DNA of 50,275 bases from a virus (taxonomy: Duplodnaviria > Heunggongvirae > Uroviricota > Caudoviricetes): IMG/VR virus record IMGVR_UViG_2974540528_000001, positions 97,169-147,443 of that record. One strand, written 5' to 3'. The translations under genes and the position numbers were made by a program. This document shows, in pieces, positions 50,252 to 50,275 of the stretch (within the stretch, counting starts at the first letter, position 1; every line of letters starts with the position of its first letter). The notes under the pieces were generated by a model. That model had not been told where the DNA came from, searched no databases, and saw nothing but the letters and a program-made list of their open reading frames with translations.

Positions 50252-50275
50252 CGATTACTCGCGGCCTTATCTTCG

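Noticed and set aside
1-50275. tRNA, rRNA, integrase or pseudo-ToxI-type tandem repeat arrays
   Set aside because: None recognised by eye; tRNAscan-SE and a tandem-repeat finder would be needed to exclude them fully

Overview
This is a 50 kb slice of a large lytic enterobacterial dsDNA myophage. The gene set and order (rIIA, rIIB, Pif1/RecD-like helicase, C5 methylase, T7-gp4-like primase-helicase, family A polymerase, SleB hydrolase, RNA ligase, MoxR ATPase) suggest a Vequintavirinae-type (rV5/PVP-SE1/Mydovirus-like) phage; this is inference, with no database search. Layout: (1) 1-4967, small + strand hypothetical genes; (2) ~4970-16500, a compositionally distinct island made of a 1.8 kb non-coding block, ~25 small mostly minus-strand genes with nearly one sigma70 promoter each, and a repeat-rich right boundary, probably the first-expressed region or a long terminal repeat; (3) 16500-23560, a minus-strand block with a candidate replication origin; (4) 23690-50275, + strand accessory and replication genes. 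The most unusual signals are non-coding: a five-helix, almost fully Watson-Crick structure at 6185-6390; at least 9 Fur-box-like and 3 exact CpxR-consensus sites confined to the island; a repeated ~100 bp GAGATCTC module; repeated promoter-hairpin-RBS cassettes; an oriC-like element next to an HTH gene; and apparent non-AUG starts for the DNA polymerase (ATT) and the SleB hydrolase (ATC). No tRNA, rRNA or CRISPR array was found. Product calls come from motifs read by eye, and several start codons were moved from the ORF track to fit ribosome-binding sites. Two genes are broken by single-base frameshifts, so assembly indels are possible.
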